Positions 24,505 through 31,920 of a DNA stretch of 36,695 nt are shown piece by piece. Each line of letters opens with the position of its first letter. Positions within the stretch are counted from its first letter, which is position 1. The DNA is from a virus: IMG/VR virus record IMGVR_UViG_3300043959_000048; one strand, given 5' to 3'. Both the position numbers and the translations under genes were made by a program. The notes beneath the pieces were generated by a model. It had not been told where the DNA came from. It saw only the letters and a list, made by a program, of their open reading frames with translations, and ran no database searches.

Positions 24505-24644
24505 AAGTCCGGCCCCTTGTCTTGCGAAGTTTCGATGACGGCTTTGACGAGCGCGATGGGCTGTTTGAGCAGGTGAGCAGTCTCCTCGGGCGAATATCCG
24601 GCATCAGCCCATTTGAGGATCATGTCGATCATTGACTGCTTCAT
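24501..24644 (-). CDS. Small HTH protein (47 aa), below the ORF-track cutoff
   Basis: Hand translation: MKQSMIDMILKWADAGYSPEETAHLLKQPIALVKAVIETSQDKGPDF. SD GAAAGGA. Both ends are overlap-coupled. Confidence 0.55.
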   Translation of the reverse strand: MKQSMIDMILKWADAGYSPEETAHLLKQPIALVKAVIETSQDKGPDF

Positions 24645-24748
24645 GATTCCTTTCGTTGCTTTCCGGTGCTTGTGCTCATTGCGGTATTGCGTGTGGAGGA
24701 GCGTCCATGTACCGGCATCTTCGCGTATGAGTCCAATGCGATTCTCAT
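24641..24748 (-). CDS. Possible 35-aa ORF filling the gap, ATGA-coupled at both ends
   Basis: Hand translation: MRIALDSYAKMPVHGRSSTRNTAMSTSTGKQRKES. The only support is the double ATGA coupling. Confidence 0.3.
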   Translation of the reverse strand: MRIALDSYAKMPVHGRSSTRNTAMSTSTGKQRKES

Positions 24749-24948
24749 ATTCCCAGTCCTCCGTCCAAGAGCCATAGAATGGTCCCTAGATTCGACGCGA
24801 AAGCCGCTATACCGACTGGAAGCAGAAATAACGGCGTCGCCTCACTGTTGGGGGTGTGTGTGGTGAACCAAACTCCCCAGACCAAAACTGCGATCATGGC
24901 GATGTCGAGCACAACCCACAGTACGAGCCCGATTATTTTCGATATCAT
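24745..24948 (-). CDS. Small membrane protein (67 aa, 2 TM)
   Basis: Start at ATG 24948 with SD GAGGAGGA. It has two hydrophobic segments. Confidence 0.6.
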   Translation of the reverse strand: MISKIIGLVLWVVLDIAMIAVLVWGVWFTTHTPNSEATPLFLLPVGIAAFASNLGTILWLLDGGLGI

Positions 24949-25172
24949 GATTCCTCCTCGCCCTTGAGCACCATGCTCGACCACGCAAGCAGCGTGTCCG
25001 CTATCCACTTCGGCCCCCTCGGATCATGCAGCAGCGCATCGGCGACGAAGCATTCCAGCTCCTCGTCCTGCAGCACGATGCGCCCCAGGGTCATCGACTC
25101 GCCGTAGTTCTCCATCGTGATGCGAATCTGCATCGGCAGTCTCACATCATCGGTCTTCTTTTCCTCAATCAT
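24945..25172 (-). CDS. Hypothetical protein (75 aa)
   Basis: ATGA-coupled at both ends. Confidence 0.55.
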   Translation of the reverse strand: MIEEKKTDDVRLPMQIRITMENYGESMTLGRIVLQDEELECFVADALLHDPRGPKWIADTLLAWSSMVLKGEEES

Positions 25173-25396
25173 GATTCCTCGATTTCGTATGGGTTTGGTG
25201 ATATGTCGATGTTGTCGAGCAGCCGGTCGTATTCGCCAGCGGAATGGCCTTCACGCCATGCCTTGCTAGCTATCTCGCGATCGTGGTCGGCAAGCCACCT
25301 GTCGAAACCTTCTCCGGAATCGGAAAGGAATGTATGCATCAATCGCACGTATGTGTAGCGAACCACTTCAGTGGTCGGCATATGTTGATTACTCAT
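25169..25396 (-). CDS. Hypothetical protein (75 aa)
   Basis: ATGA-coupled at both ends. Confidence 0.55.
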   Translation of the reverse strand: MSNQHMPTTEVVRYTYVRLMHTFLSDSGEGFDRWLADHDREIASKAWREGHSAGEYDRLLDNIDISPNPYEIEES

Positions 25397-25758
25397 GATT
25401 CACGCTCCCGATTCTCGGCGATTTCGGTCAACGCGACTCGCATGGCTTTCGGTGTAACCAGAAATCCCTCGTCGACCAGCGCATCCACTATTATTTCGCG
25501 TTCCTCGTCACTGAACATCAGCGCCTCACGGCGGATACGAGCGTCATGGTCGGACAGGGATTCGATAGTATAGCCGTCATAATCAGATCGGAGCTGATCC
25601 CAATTCAATGTTTCCGCACTTGTGTCATACCAATGTTCGTCATCATCGCAATAACCTGTCGCGTCTTTTTCGATATATACTTCGTCGGCACAGCAGTGGA
25701 GAATATACAAACCGTTGGCCTGCGGTTCTGGCATGTCCTTGGCTATCAGCTCACTCAT
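25393..25758 (-). CDS. Hypothetical acidic protein (121 aa)
   Basis: ATGAGTGA overlap with the Dam gene stop. Confidence 0.55.
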   Translation of the reverse strand: MSELIAKDMPEPQANGLYILHCCADEVYIEKDATGYCDDDEHWYDTSAETLNWDQLRSDYDGYTIESLSDHDARIRREALMFSDEEREIIVDALVDEGFLVTPKAMRVALTEIAENRERES

Positions 25759-26209
25759 AGTCTCGGCCTCCCAATACCGCGATCATGCTGGGGAATGGAG
25801 CGGCATCCCCACGTTTGCCGTCCGTCTCGAAATGCAGCCGCCCCGGTACGAACCTGATTTGCGCTCTGCGGTACAGCCAGCGATGGAACCATCTGGTGTC
25901 CGTACGGGCGGGGACGAGCATCACTACCAGAGTGTCCGGGCGCAGCGCCTCCGCTGCGCACTTCTCCACCCACTTGCCGATCGCTCGGCCATATGGCGGG
26001 TTGCAGAACACCGTCTCACCCCCCCACTCATGGTCAAAGGCTGAGTCATGCTCGCTGTAATACTTGGCGCACTTATGATTCGCCTCGCTAGCGTCGGCAT
26101 CGAGCGTGAAATGAAATTCCGCGTCGAGTTGGTCGAAGAGTCTTTGAGGTGTCTCCCAGTCCATGCGATTGCTGCCGAACGCTGCGCCGTTGTCGATAAA
26201 CTCACTCAT
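25751..26209 (-). CDS. DNA N6-adenine methyltransferase, phage Dam family (orphan)
   Basis: Start taken at ATG 26209 (SD GGGAG). Motifs: MDWETPQRLFDQLDAEFHFTLDA and FCNPPYG (NPPY catalytic motif). No adjacent restriction endonuclease. Confidence 0.85.
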   Translation of the reverse strand: MSEFIDNGAAFGSNRMDWETPQRLFDQLDAEFHFTLDADASEANHKCAKYYSEHDSAFDHEWGGETVFCNPPYGRAIGKWVEKCAAEALRPDTLVVMLVPARTDTRWFHRWLYRRAQIRFVPGRLHFETDGKRGDAAPFPSMIAVLGGRDYE

Positions 26210-26444
26210 GGTCGGACTCCCATTCATTGCATTCAAGAATGTCAATGAACGCACCCGTCAGCCTGTCCAGCGCATGGCATTCGTCGTCGGCTATCTCTCT
26301 AATGACCGCATATTCTGGTGTTTTCTGGAAAATTCCCTCACTTGTCCGCTCGACAGTGAATTCCAGCGTCAGCCCTGATTCCATTTCAATCTCAGAGTGG
26401 ATTTTCTTGAGATCGTCGCTGGTATTGGTGGATATGATTCTCAT
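26202..26444 (-). CDS. Hypothetical acidic protein (80 aa)
   Basis: Start at ATG 26444 with SD AGGAGA. Confidence 0.55.
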   Translation of the reverse strand: MRIISTNTSDDLKKIHSEIEMESGLTLEFTVERTSEGIFQKTPEYAVIREIADDECHALDRLTGAFIDILECNEWESDHE

Positions 26445-26452
26445 GATTTCTC

Positions 26453-28819
26453 CTATCGATGTTGTTGCACTGTGGTCAAAACCGAATTCCACAACGTGGT
26501 AAGCTCCGCGTCTCCAAGACCGCTCAAATGTCCGCGTTGGAACGTCTCGTAACGAATAGCGGACTCGTTGTCACGATGGTTGAGCAGTCGGCCGAGCGCC
26601 CAGTTGAACAGCGTGGTATTGCGCTGCCCCTCGGGTATCGGCGTCATATCCGGATTCCCATCACCCGTTGAAATTGGATCCCCGCGAATGATCTCATCCA
26701 CACTGGGAAGAGCAGCTGCACTGACAGGAGCCGCAGCAACCGGTATGGTCGGCGATGATGGCTGAACGCCATCCACATACCCGTTGGATTCAAGCCACTG
26801 AACCATTCGCGGAGTCATGACCGGCACACTGCCATCCGCCGGCATATCAAGCAATTGGTATTCGCCCTTATCCGTATGGCTGCCGGGACCGATGACATAC
26901 CCCTTGTTCTCGCAACGAATATCGACGGGAATGCCGTGATTATGCACGCTATTCTTAAGCTTGCCCAATAGTTCCAGGGGGAGCGCATAGTAGGCGTGCA
27001 CGCCTCCTGACGGGGTTCCGACCAAATACGTGCTGGGGAAAACGTCACTACCGTATTGGCCGATCTGCGTGTTCAGCGTCGTCCAACCATCGGCGATACC
27101 GTCCTCTTTGGCTTTGTCCATGTCGATGACGGACATGCCCAATCCGGGGACTACCGCGTACGCTGCCGTGTCCGGGAGGATCGTGGAATCATACTGCGGA
27201 TCCTGACTGAGCTTCTTCCAATTCCTAGCGACCTTATTCGCATCCGCAGGCGTGTAGGCGCAGCGGAACATGAATTCGCCAGGCAACGGCAACGGATCAG
27301 CCTCGATAGGCTCAGGCAACGACGCGACAACATCGGCCGACACAAGCGGCTCGCTTCCGCTCTCATCGATAATCGTTTTCGCGTATATGTCGAAACGCTG
27401 ACGGTCTACAACACGAACGACACGGATCCGCTTACCGTCAAGCTTGCGGCTTGTGCCCTGGGCGAGGCCCAGCAGGTTGAGTGTCGAATCAGGTATCTGA
27501 TGGTGGAACTCATCGCGGAACTTCTTGCTTGATGCCGCAGGATCGTCGTACCGTTCCGAATTCTCGTTGATCTCGCTGATGATCCAATACATTTCATCGC
27601 TCACGCTCCGGGCAGAGGTCAGGTTCACGATCTCGGGATCGTCGCCCTGCTCCCACAATCCGCAGGAGAGCACATAGAATGCGACCGCATGTTCGCGGGC
27701 GAACAATTCGATCTCGTGGTACTGGCTGTAGGATCGTCCTTCGCTTGAGTGCATTTCAATCTTCACGAAACGCCTGCGGTCGGAGGGCTCGCTGCTGTCG
27801 GCGAAGGGATTGTTCGTCAGGATGACGATGGTCGCCGTCGGCTTGATCGTCCGATACTTGCCTCCGGTGACGCGCGCCTGCATGCGTGATCCGGTGGACA
27901 ACGCGCGCAACGGGGCGAGCATGTCCTCGGTGACTGTCGGCGCCTCATCCTCATAGGCGAATGCCTTGCCGTCCATCGCATCATTCATGCCCTCCCGGGC
28001 GAATCCGAATCCGCTCCGCCCGCAATAATCAGAGATCTTGAACCCAGGGAATACGCGTCGGTCGGAAAGCATGCCGAGCACGATCTGCTGCATGATAAGC
28101 GTCTTGCCGTCACCGCCATGGCCTGAGAGCACATAGGACAATTGTTTGAACGGCTCGAGCCATGGAGTGGCGAACAATCGGAGCAGGTTCAGATAACTGC
28201 TGTCGTCGTTCGTGAGCCAATGGCAGTATTCCTGCGCCTTGCTGATGGCTTCCTCGCTCAATCCAGTTGGGTCGAACGTCTGGGTGACTGCAAGCTCGTC
28301 GTCGACCAGGTGCGTGATATGCCCATTGCGGCGGACGTAGACGGTGTCGCCGATGCGGATCCCGCGCTCGACCTGGGGAAACCATTGCGATCGTTTCGCT
28401 TCCCGAATGATCGTATCGCTGTATGCGGGCTTGCGGTCGTTGGACTGGCTGTTTGATCCGATCGAATACTCGTCTTCGATGGTCTTGACTGGGTGCCAGC
28501 TGTTGAGGATCCTGCGCGGCCCGTCATGGTCGTCGATGTCCGGGTCTCGGCGCCAGAGCGTGTCCTGTGACGGGCAGTAACGGAGATGACCGTTTTTCAA
28601 ATCCCATATGGCTTTCTGATAGCCGGGGTGGATCACGGGTTTCTTCTCGCTTTTTTTGATGCTGCCTATGGTTTCGCAGACAAGTTCGAGAGGCTGTCCG
28701 GTGATGGTCCTGACGGTGGTGTTGCCGTTGGGCGGGGCGAATCCGGTGGTGAGCATCGCGAAGATCCCCGCGTAGCGTGCGGGCAGTTCCTCAGTGGGTA
28801 TCGGCTCGTATCCGCTCAT
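26453..28819 (-). CDS. Replication protein: SF3 (D5/P4-type) helicase core followed by PrimPol (archaeo-eukaryotic primase) domain and PriCT-1-like tail
   Basis: 788 aa. Helicase motifs: Walker A SGHGGDGKT (aa 232-240), Walker B AFAYEDE (aa 286-292), SF3 motif C IVILTNN (aa 331-337). PrimPol motifs: SVIDMD (aa 563-568), TPSGGVHAYY (aa 602-611), PVDIR...GYVIGPGS (aa 631-646). PriCT-like: PEGQRNTTLFNWALGRL (aa 729-745). Confidence 0.85.
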   Translation of the reverse strand: MSGYEPIPTEELPARYAGIFAMLTTGFAPPNGNTTVRTITGQPLELVCETIGSIKKSEKKPVIHPGYQKAIWDLKNGHLRYCPSQDTLWRRDPDIDDHDGPRRILNSWHPVKTIEDEYSIGSNSQSNDRKPAYSDTIIREAKRSQWFPQVERGIRIGDTVYVRRNGHITHLVDDELAVTQTFDPTGLSEEAISKAQEYCHWLTNDDSSYLNLLRLFATPWLEPFKQLSYVLSGHGGDGKTLIMQQIVLGMLSDRRVFPGFKISDYCGRSGFGFAREGMNDAMDGKAFAYEDEAPTVTEDMLAPLRALSTGSRMQARVTGGKYRTIKPTATIVILTNNPFADSSEPSDRRRFVKIEMHSSEGRSYSQYHEIELFAREHAVAFYVLSCGLWEQGDDPEIVNLTSARSVSDEMYWIISEINENSERYDDPAASSKKFRDEFHHQIPDSTLNLLGLAQGTSRKLDGKRIRVVRVVDRQRFDIYAKTIIDESGSEPLVSADVVASLPEPIEADPLPLPGEFMFRCAYTPADANKVARNWKKLSQDPQYDSTILPDTAAYAVVPGLGMSVIDMDKAKEDGIADGWTTLNTQIGQYGSDVFPSTYLVGTPSGGVHAYYALPLELLGKLKNSVHNHGIPVDIRCENKGYVIGPGSHTDKGEYQLLDMPADGSVPVMTPRMVQWLESNGYVDGVQPSSPTIPVAAAPVSAAALPSVDEIIRGDPISTGDGNPDMTPIPEGQRNTTLFNWALGRLLNHRDNESAIRYETFQRGHLSGLGDAELTTLWNSVLTTVQQHR

Positions 28820-28848
28820 TTTCCGGCCTCTAACAGCTGGATGTTCCT

Positions 28849-29135
28849 GGTTACGTGAACGCCCCTAAACACCGCCCCATATATACACAGAGAAAAAACA
28901 ACAACAACAACAACAGAATGGTGTATGTGCCGTGACCAACGTACCAAAGCAGCTTCGCTCTTACTCCTGCTTGAAGTTTGGTGGTTACATGAGGTCTGGG
29001 AAATCGTGACCGGTGACGTTTTCCCTGTGACCACAGCCCACTTTGTCACACTCATTTGTGACCGGTTACGTAACCGGTAACGTTTTTGTGTGATGGAATT
29101 GTGAGTGGTTACGTTTTTTATGCACTGGTTACGTT
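28849..29135. repeat. Iteron array / putative origin of replication
   Basis: GGTTACGT occurs at 28849, 29064, 29107 and 29127; the last two are 20 bp apart. Variants are GGTTACAT (28983), GGTGACGTT (29012) and GGTAACGTT (29076). GTGACC occurs at 28932, 29006, 29027 and 29058. A perfect 18-bp palindrome ACCGGTTACGTAACCGGT lies at 29061-29078. The array sits in a 429-bp gap that I judge non-coding, just upstream of the helicase/primase gene. Confidence 0.6.
28897..28914. repeat. (AAC)6 microsatellite within A-rich stretch
   Basis: Counted directly. It lies inside the origin-like gap. Confidence 0.9.
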
Positions 29136-29248
29136 CAATATCTGCGTAGAACATTGAGTCTCCTTCCTGACATTTTCCTCGTGGCCGTCGAGGCCATCGC
29201 ACCCTCGATGCCGGCTTGATTACCGGAACGGCCAACCACAATCACCCG

Positions 29249-30139
29249 CTAGAATTCGGGCTCGTCCTCGCTGCCCGAGTGCGCCATCGGATTTGCCGCG
29301 TCCGTGATCGCGAGCACCTGCTGCAGTGTCGTGCCGAGCAGGCCCGCGATCTCCTGCGGGGCTTTTCCGGCCGCTTTGAGCTGGAGCACCTGCTGCTGGT
29401 TGACCGCCATAGGCTGCGGTTGCGCCACCTGCGGCTGCTGGACTGGCTGCTGGATAGGCTGCTGCGCGGTAGCACTCCATCCGCCGAAAGGACTCTGCGG
29501 CGGCTGCTGCTGTTGGGGATTGGGCTGGCTGTAGTCAGACTGCTGCACTGGCTGGTAATAACCCTGCTGCGGCTGCGCAACAGCCTGCTGGACTGGCTGC
29601 TGCGGGTTGACCAGCGCACTCACGCCATTCGCCGGGACGATCCTGTACTCATACACCTTGGGAGCCTGCGGAGCATTGCCACGCTCGCCCAATCCGGAGA
29701 ATGTTGCGGTCATCGTGTCACCGTTTTTCGGAGGATTGCCGCCCGCCTGCTTGCACGCCTCGCGGAACGCCTTCAATTGGATTCCCCAGCCCTTGATCCA
29801 CAGGCTGCGCCGGCCATCGTCATCATCCACGCTTGGGTCTCTGAGCGTGGTCTGCAGGACGATGTGGATCTGCATCTGGGGACGTCCGTCATTCCAGAAC
29901 GCGGGCTGTTTGGATTGGAAATCATGCGCTTGAACGGTCTCGACGAGGTCTACGACGCCGGTGACGCTGGCTCCTATCTGGCTGTCGGCATTGAAGAACG
30001 CTTTCGCGCCGCTGCCCGACAGGAGGTCATCGATGCTGCTGAGCTTCGCCGCCGGCGCCTGCTGCGGCTGCTGACCATACCCGTACTGCTGAGGCTGGTA
30101 ATTGTTGTTGTATCCGTTGTTGTTGGGTCCTGCGAACAT
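29249..30139 (-). CDS. Q/N/P-rich protein with acidic ...SEDEPEF C-terminus; candidate ssDNA-binding or annealing protein
   Basis: 296 aa. The SD AAGGAAAGAG is followed by A8. The N-terminus is prion-like (NNNGYNNNYQPQQYGYGQQPQQ), followed by a central globular ~130 aa and a long Q/P linker. The terminal acidic tip ending in F resembles the SSB DDDIPF tip. It sits between the exonuclease and the origin. Confidence 0.4.
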   Translation of the reverse strand: MFAGPNNNGYNNNYQPQQYGYGQQPQQAPAAKLSSIDDLLSGSGAKAFFNADSQIGASVTGVVDLVETVQAHDFQSKQPAFWNDGRPQMQIHIVLQTTLRDPSVDDDDGRRSLWIKGWGIQLKAFREACKQAGGNPPKNGDTMTATFSGLGERGNAPQAPKVYEYRIVPANGVSALVNPQQPVQQAVAQPQQGYYQPVQQSDYSQPNPQQQQPPQSPFGGWSATAQQPIQQPVQQPQVAQPQPMAVNQQQVLQLKAAGKAPQEIAGLLGTTLQQVLAITDAANPMAHSGSEDEPEF

Positions 30140-30163
30140 AATTTTTTTTCTCTTTCCTTGTTG

Positions 30164-31069
30164 TTACTTGGTTGTTGGCTGGTATGTGGGTTCGAGCAGC
30201 GGGATCAGAGCCCGCCACTTGTCGGGCACCGCGGGAAAATTCTCGTTGGTGAGGTCGCTGAGCGCGCCATCGTCGGGCCACGTGTGATCCGAGAAATCGT
30301 GGGTGGGTGATTCCGGCAGCAAATGGATCCACGCATCGCGCATATCTGCTCCGTCCGCCTGTTCGATCACGTCCATGAAGTTGACGAGCAGCTGAGCCCT
30401 GGCGAGCGCCCACTGGCCTGGTTTGGGATCCCAGTCCTGCTCCCACGGGATGGCGTCGTTGAGGCTGATGCCGTTTCGTGGAAGGAAGTAGATCGCGGAT
30501 CGTTCGATCGGATCGTCCATGTTCTGTAGGCCGAGTCCGTAAAGACTGGCCTGCACTGCGTATTGCTGGCTGATGCCATGCGCTTTCACGTTGCGTAGCG
30601 TGGTCGATCCTACGATTTTCCAGTCGACGGTGGTGGCGGTCTGCCGGTCATACAAATCGATGTGCCCGCCGATCTTGTATCCGCCGTACAAGCCGTTGAG
30701 CTGGCCGCTGGTGACGGCTTTCTCGGTTTCGAATCGCGTGTTATCGTGGTCGGGGTCGAATCCTGTCTTGTTGAGCGTGGGGAACAGTTTTTCGAATTGG
30801 GCATGCACGGCGGTGCCGATATAGGGCAGCCATGCTGCTTGCTGTCCTTGCTGCGGCCATCCGGCTAGCTTGGCGGCCAGCGTGTGCAGGCTGTCGGTGC
30901 CGAGTTCGCTGGGACCGATTTCGACTTGCTGGCTTCTAGGCTGGTTGCGGATTGCGGTTTCGATGATCGTGCGGATCTCCGGCCACAATTGCGGTTGATC
31001 ATCTTCGACTGGCGTCAGCGTCGCTTGTATTGTTGTCGGCTGTGGCATGCTGATGATCTGCGCGCTCAC
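30164..31069 (-). CDS. PD-(D/E)XK family exonuclease (RecB/Cas4-like recombination nuclease)
   Basis: Motifs GHIDLYD...TVDWKIVG (D...D-x-K) and QQYAVQASLY (QxxxY). Start taken at GTG 31069 (GTGA coupling, SD AAGGAG 7 nt upstream). ATG 31087 and ATG 31048 are alternatives. Confidence 0.7.
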   Translation of the reverse strand: MSAQIISMPQPTTIQATLTPVEDDQPQLWPEIRTIIETAIRNQPRSQQVEIGPSELGTDSLHTLAAKLAGWPQQGQQAAWLPYIGTAVHAQFEKLFPTLNKTGFDPDHDNTRFETEKAVTSGQLNGLYGGYKIGGHIDLYDRQTATTVDWKIVGSTTLRNVKAHGISQQYAVQASLYGLGLQNMDDPIERSAIYFLPRNGISLNDAIPWEQDWDPKPGQWALARAQLLVNFMDVIEQADGADMRDAWIHLLPESPTHDFSDHTWPDDGALSDLTNENFPAVPDKWRALIPLLEPTYQPTTK

Positions 31070-31224
31070 GGGCGTTCTCCTTCCCATATCTCATCCGCTG
31101 CCTCATGGCAGAGCTGATCGAGTTCCTCGCTGCGGATGATGAACAGGTCGTCGGTGATGTTGAGATCGTGTCTGAAGATCGCGTGGCTGATAGCCTGGCT
31201 GATCTCATTGTTTGTCTGCTTCAT
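31066..31224 (-). CDS. Small ORF (52 aa), below the ORF-track cutoff
   Basis: Hand translation: MKQTNNEISQAISHAIFRHDLNITDDLFIIRSEELDQLCHEAADEIWEGERP. It has an ATGA overlap upstream and a GTGA overlap downstream, and fills an otherwise empty 130-nt gap. Confidence 0.5.
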   Translation of the reverse strand: MKQTNNEISQAISHAIFRHDLNITDDLFIIRSEELDQLCHEAADEIWEGERP

Positions 31225-31661
31225 GCGACAGTAACGCTCGGCTTGCTATGGGTCTCGTATGCTTCCAATGCTTGCGGGCTGAATTGCGAGCGCACTGATT
31301 TCGAGTCCAGATTGGATGTGTAGAGCTGCGGGAATGTTTCGACGGGGAAGTTCTTCTTGATTTTCGCTGTGTCGAGTCTTACCGCGCCTTTCTTTACCGT
31401 CACCTTCAATGCGCCGGCCTGATAGGTTCCGATCTCATGGGTTTCGAGGATCAGTGTTTTCAGGCTGTCGATTTCGGTTTTGGCGTTGTCGATGATGGTT
31501 TGCAGGTCGCTGATTCGCAGGGCTTGCGCTTCGAGAAGTCGCTGGTGGATTTCTTCGTCTGTAGGCTGGTTTGTGGGCTGTGTGGAGTTTTCGCGCAGGT
31601 CGAAGAAGCTGGTGTCGACTGTTGCGGCTGGGATTGTTTCGATGGTTGGCGTGTTGCTCAT
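31221..31661 (-). CDS. Coiled-coil protein (146 aa), possibly Gp157/Gam-like recombination accessory
   Basis: Start at ATG 31661 with SD AAGGAGA. An N-terminal coiled coil (EEIHQRLLEAQALRISDLQTIIDNAKTEIDSLKTLILE) is followed by a basic beta-rich part. The family call is weak. Confidence 0.35.
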   Translation of the reverse strand: MSNTPTIETIPAATVDTSFFDLRENSTQPTNQPTDEEIHQRLLEAQALRISDLQTIIDNAKTEIDSLKTLILETHEIGTYQAGALKVTVKKGAVRLDTAKIKKNFPVETFPQLYTSNLDSKSVRSQFSPQALEAYETHSKPSVTVA

Positions 31662-31690
31662 GATGATTTCTCCTTGATTGCTATTGACTG

Positions 31691-31918
31691 TTAGATTTCG
31701 ACGCCGGCGGGCACGATCGGCGTGATATTGGTCACGTGGCCGTGTTCGCTGCTGGTGCTTTTCCCGCAAGACTTGCAGACCATGTCTGGGATGACGTGGT
31801 TGTAGTAGTAGGAGTCGTCGTAGCCTCGTACGTCATGTTGTTCGGCTCCGCAGTATTCGCATTGGTAGTCGGCGTAGAAGTCGCGGCGGTGTTGCCGGAG
31901 TCGTTTGACGAGTTTCAT
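31691..31918 (-). CDS. Zinc-ribbon protein (75 aa)
   Basis: Start at ATG 31918. Motifs: CEYCG...CKSCG. Confidence 0.5.
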   Translation of the reverse strand: MKLVKRLRQHRRDFYADYQCEYCGAEQHDVRGYDDSYYYNHVIPDMVCKSCGKSTSSEHGHVTNITPIVPAGVEI

Positions 31919-31920
31919 TT

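Noticed and set aside
28849-29135. Repeats in the origin-like gap as a small CRISPR array
   Set aside because: The repeat units are only 8-9 bp, irregularly spaced (20-52 bp) and present in both orientations. There are no cas genes. The pattern is iteron-like, not CRISPR.
28816-29241. 141-aa minus-strand ORF spanning the gap between the SSB-like gene and the helicase/primase gene
   Set aside because: It has no SD. The translation simply reads through the iterons and the (AAC)6 repeat (VVVVV run). The region is better explained as a non-coding origin or regulatory region.
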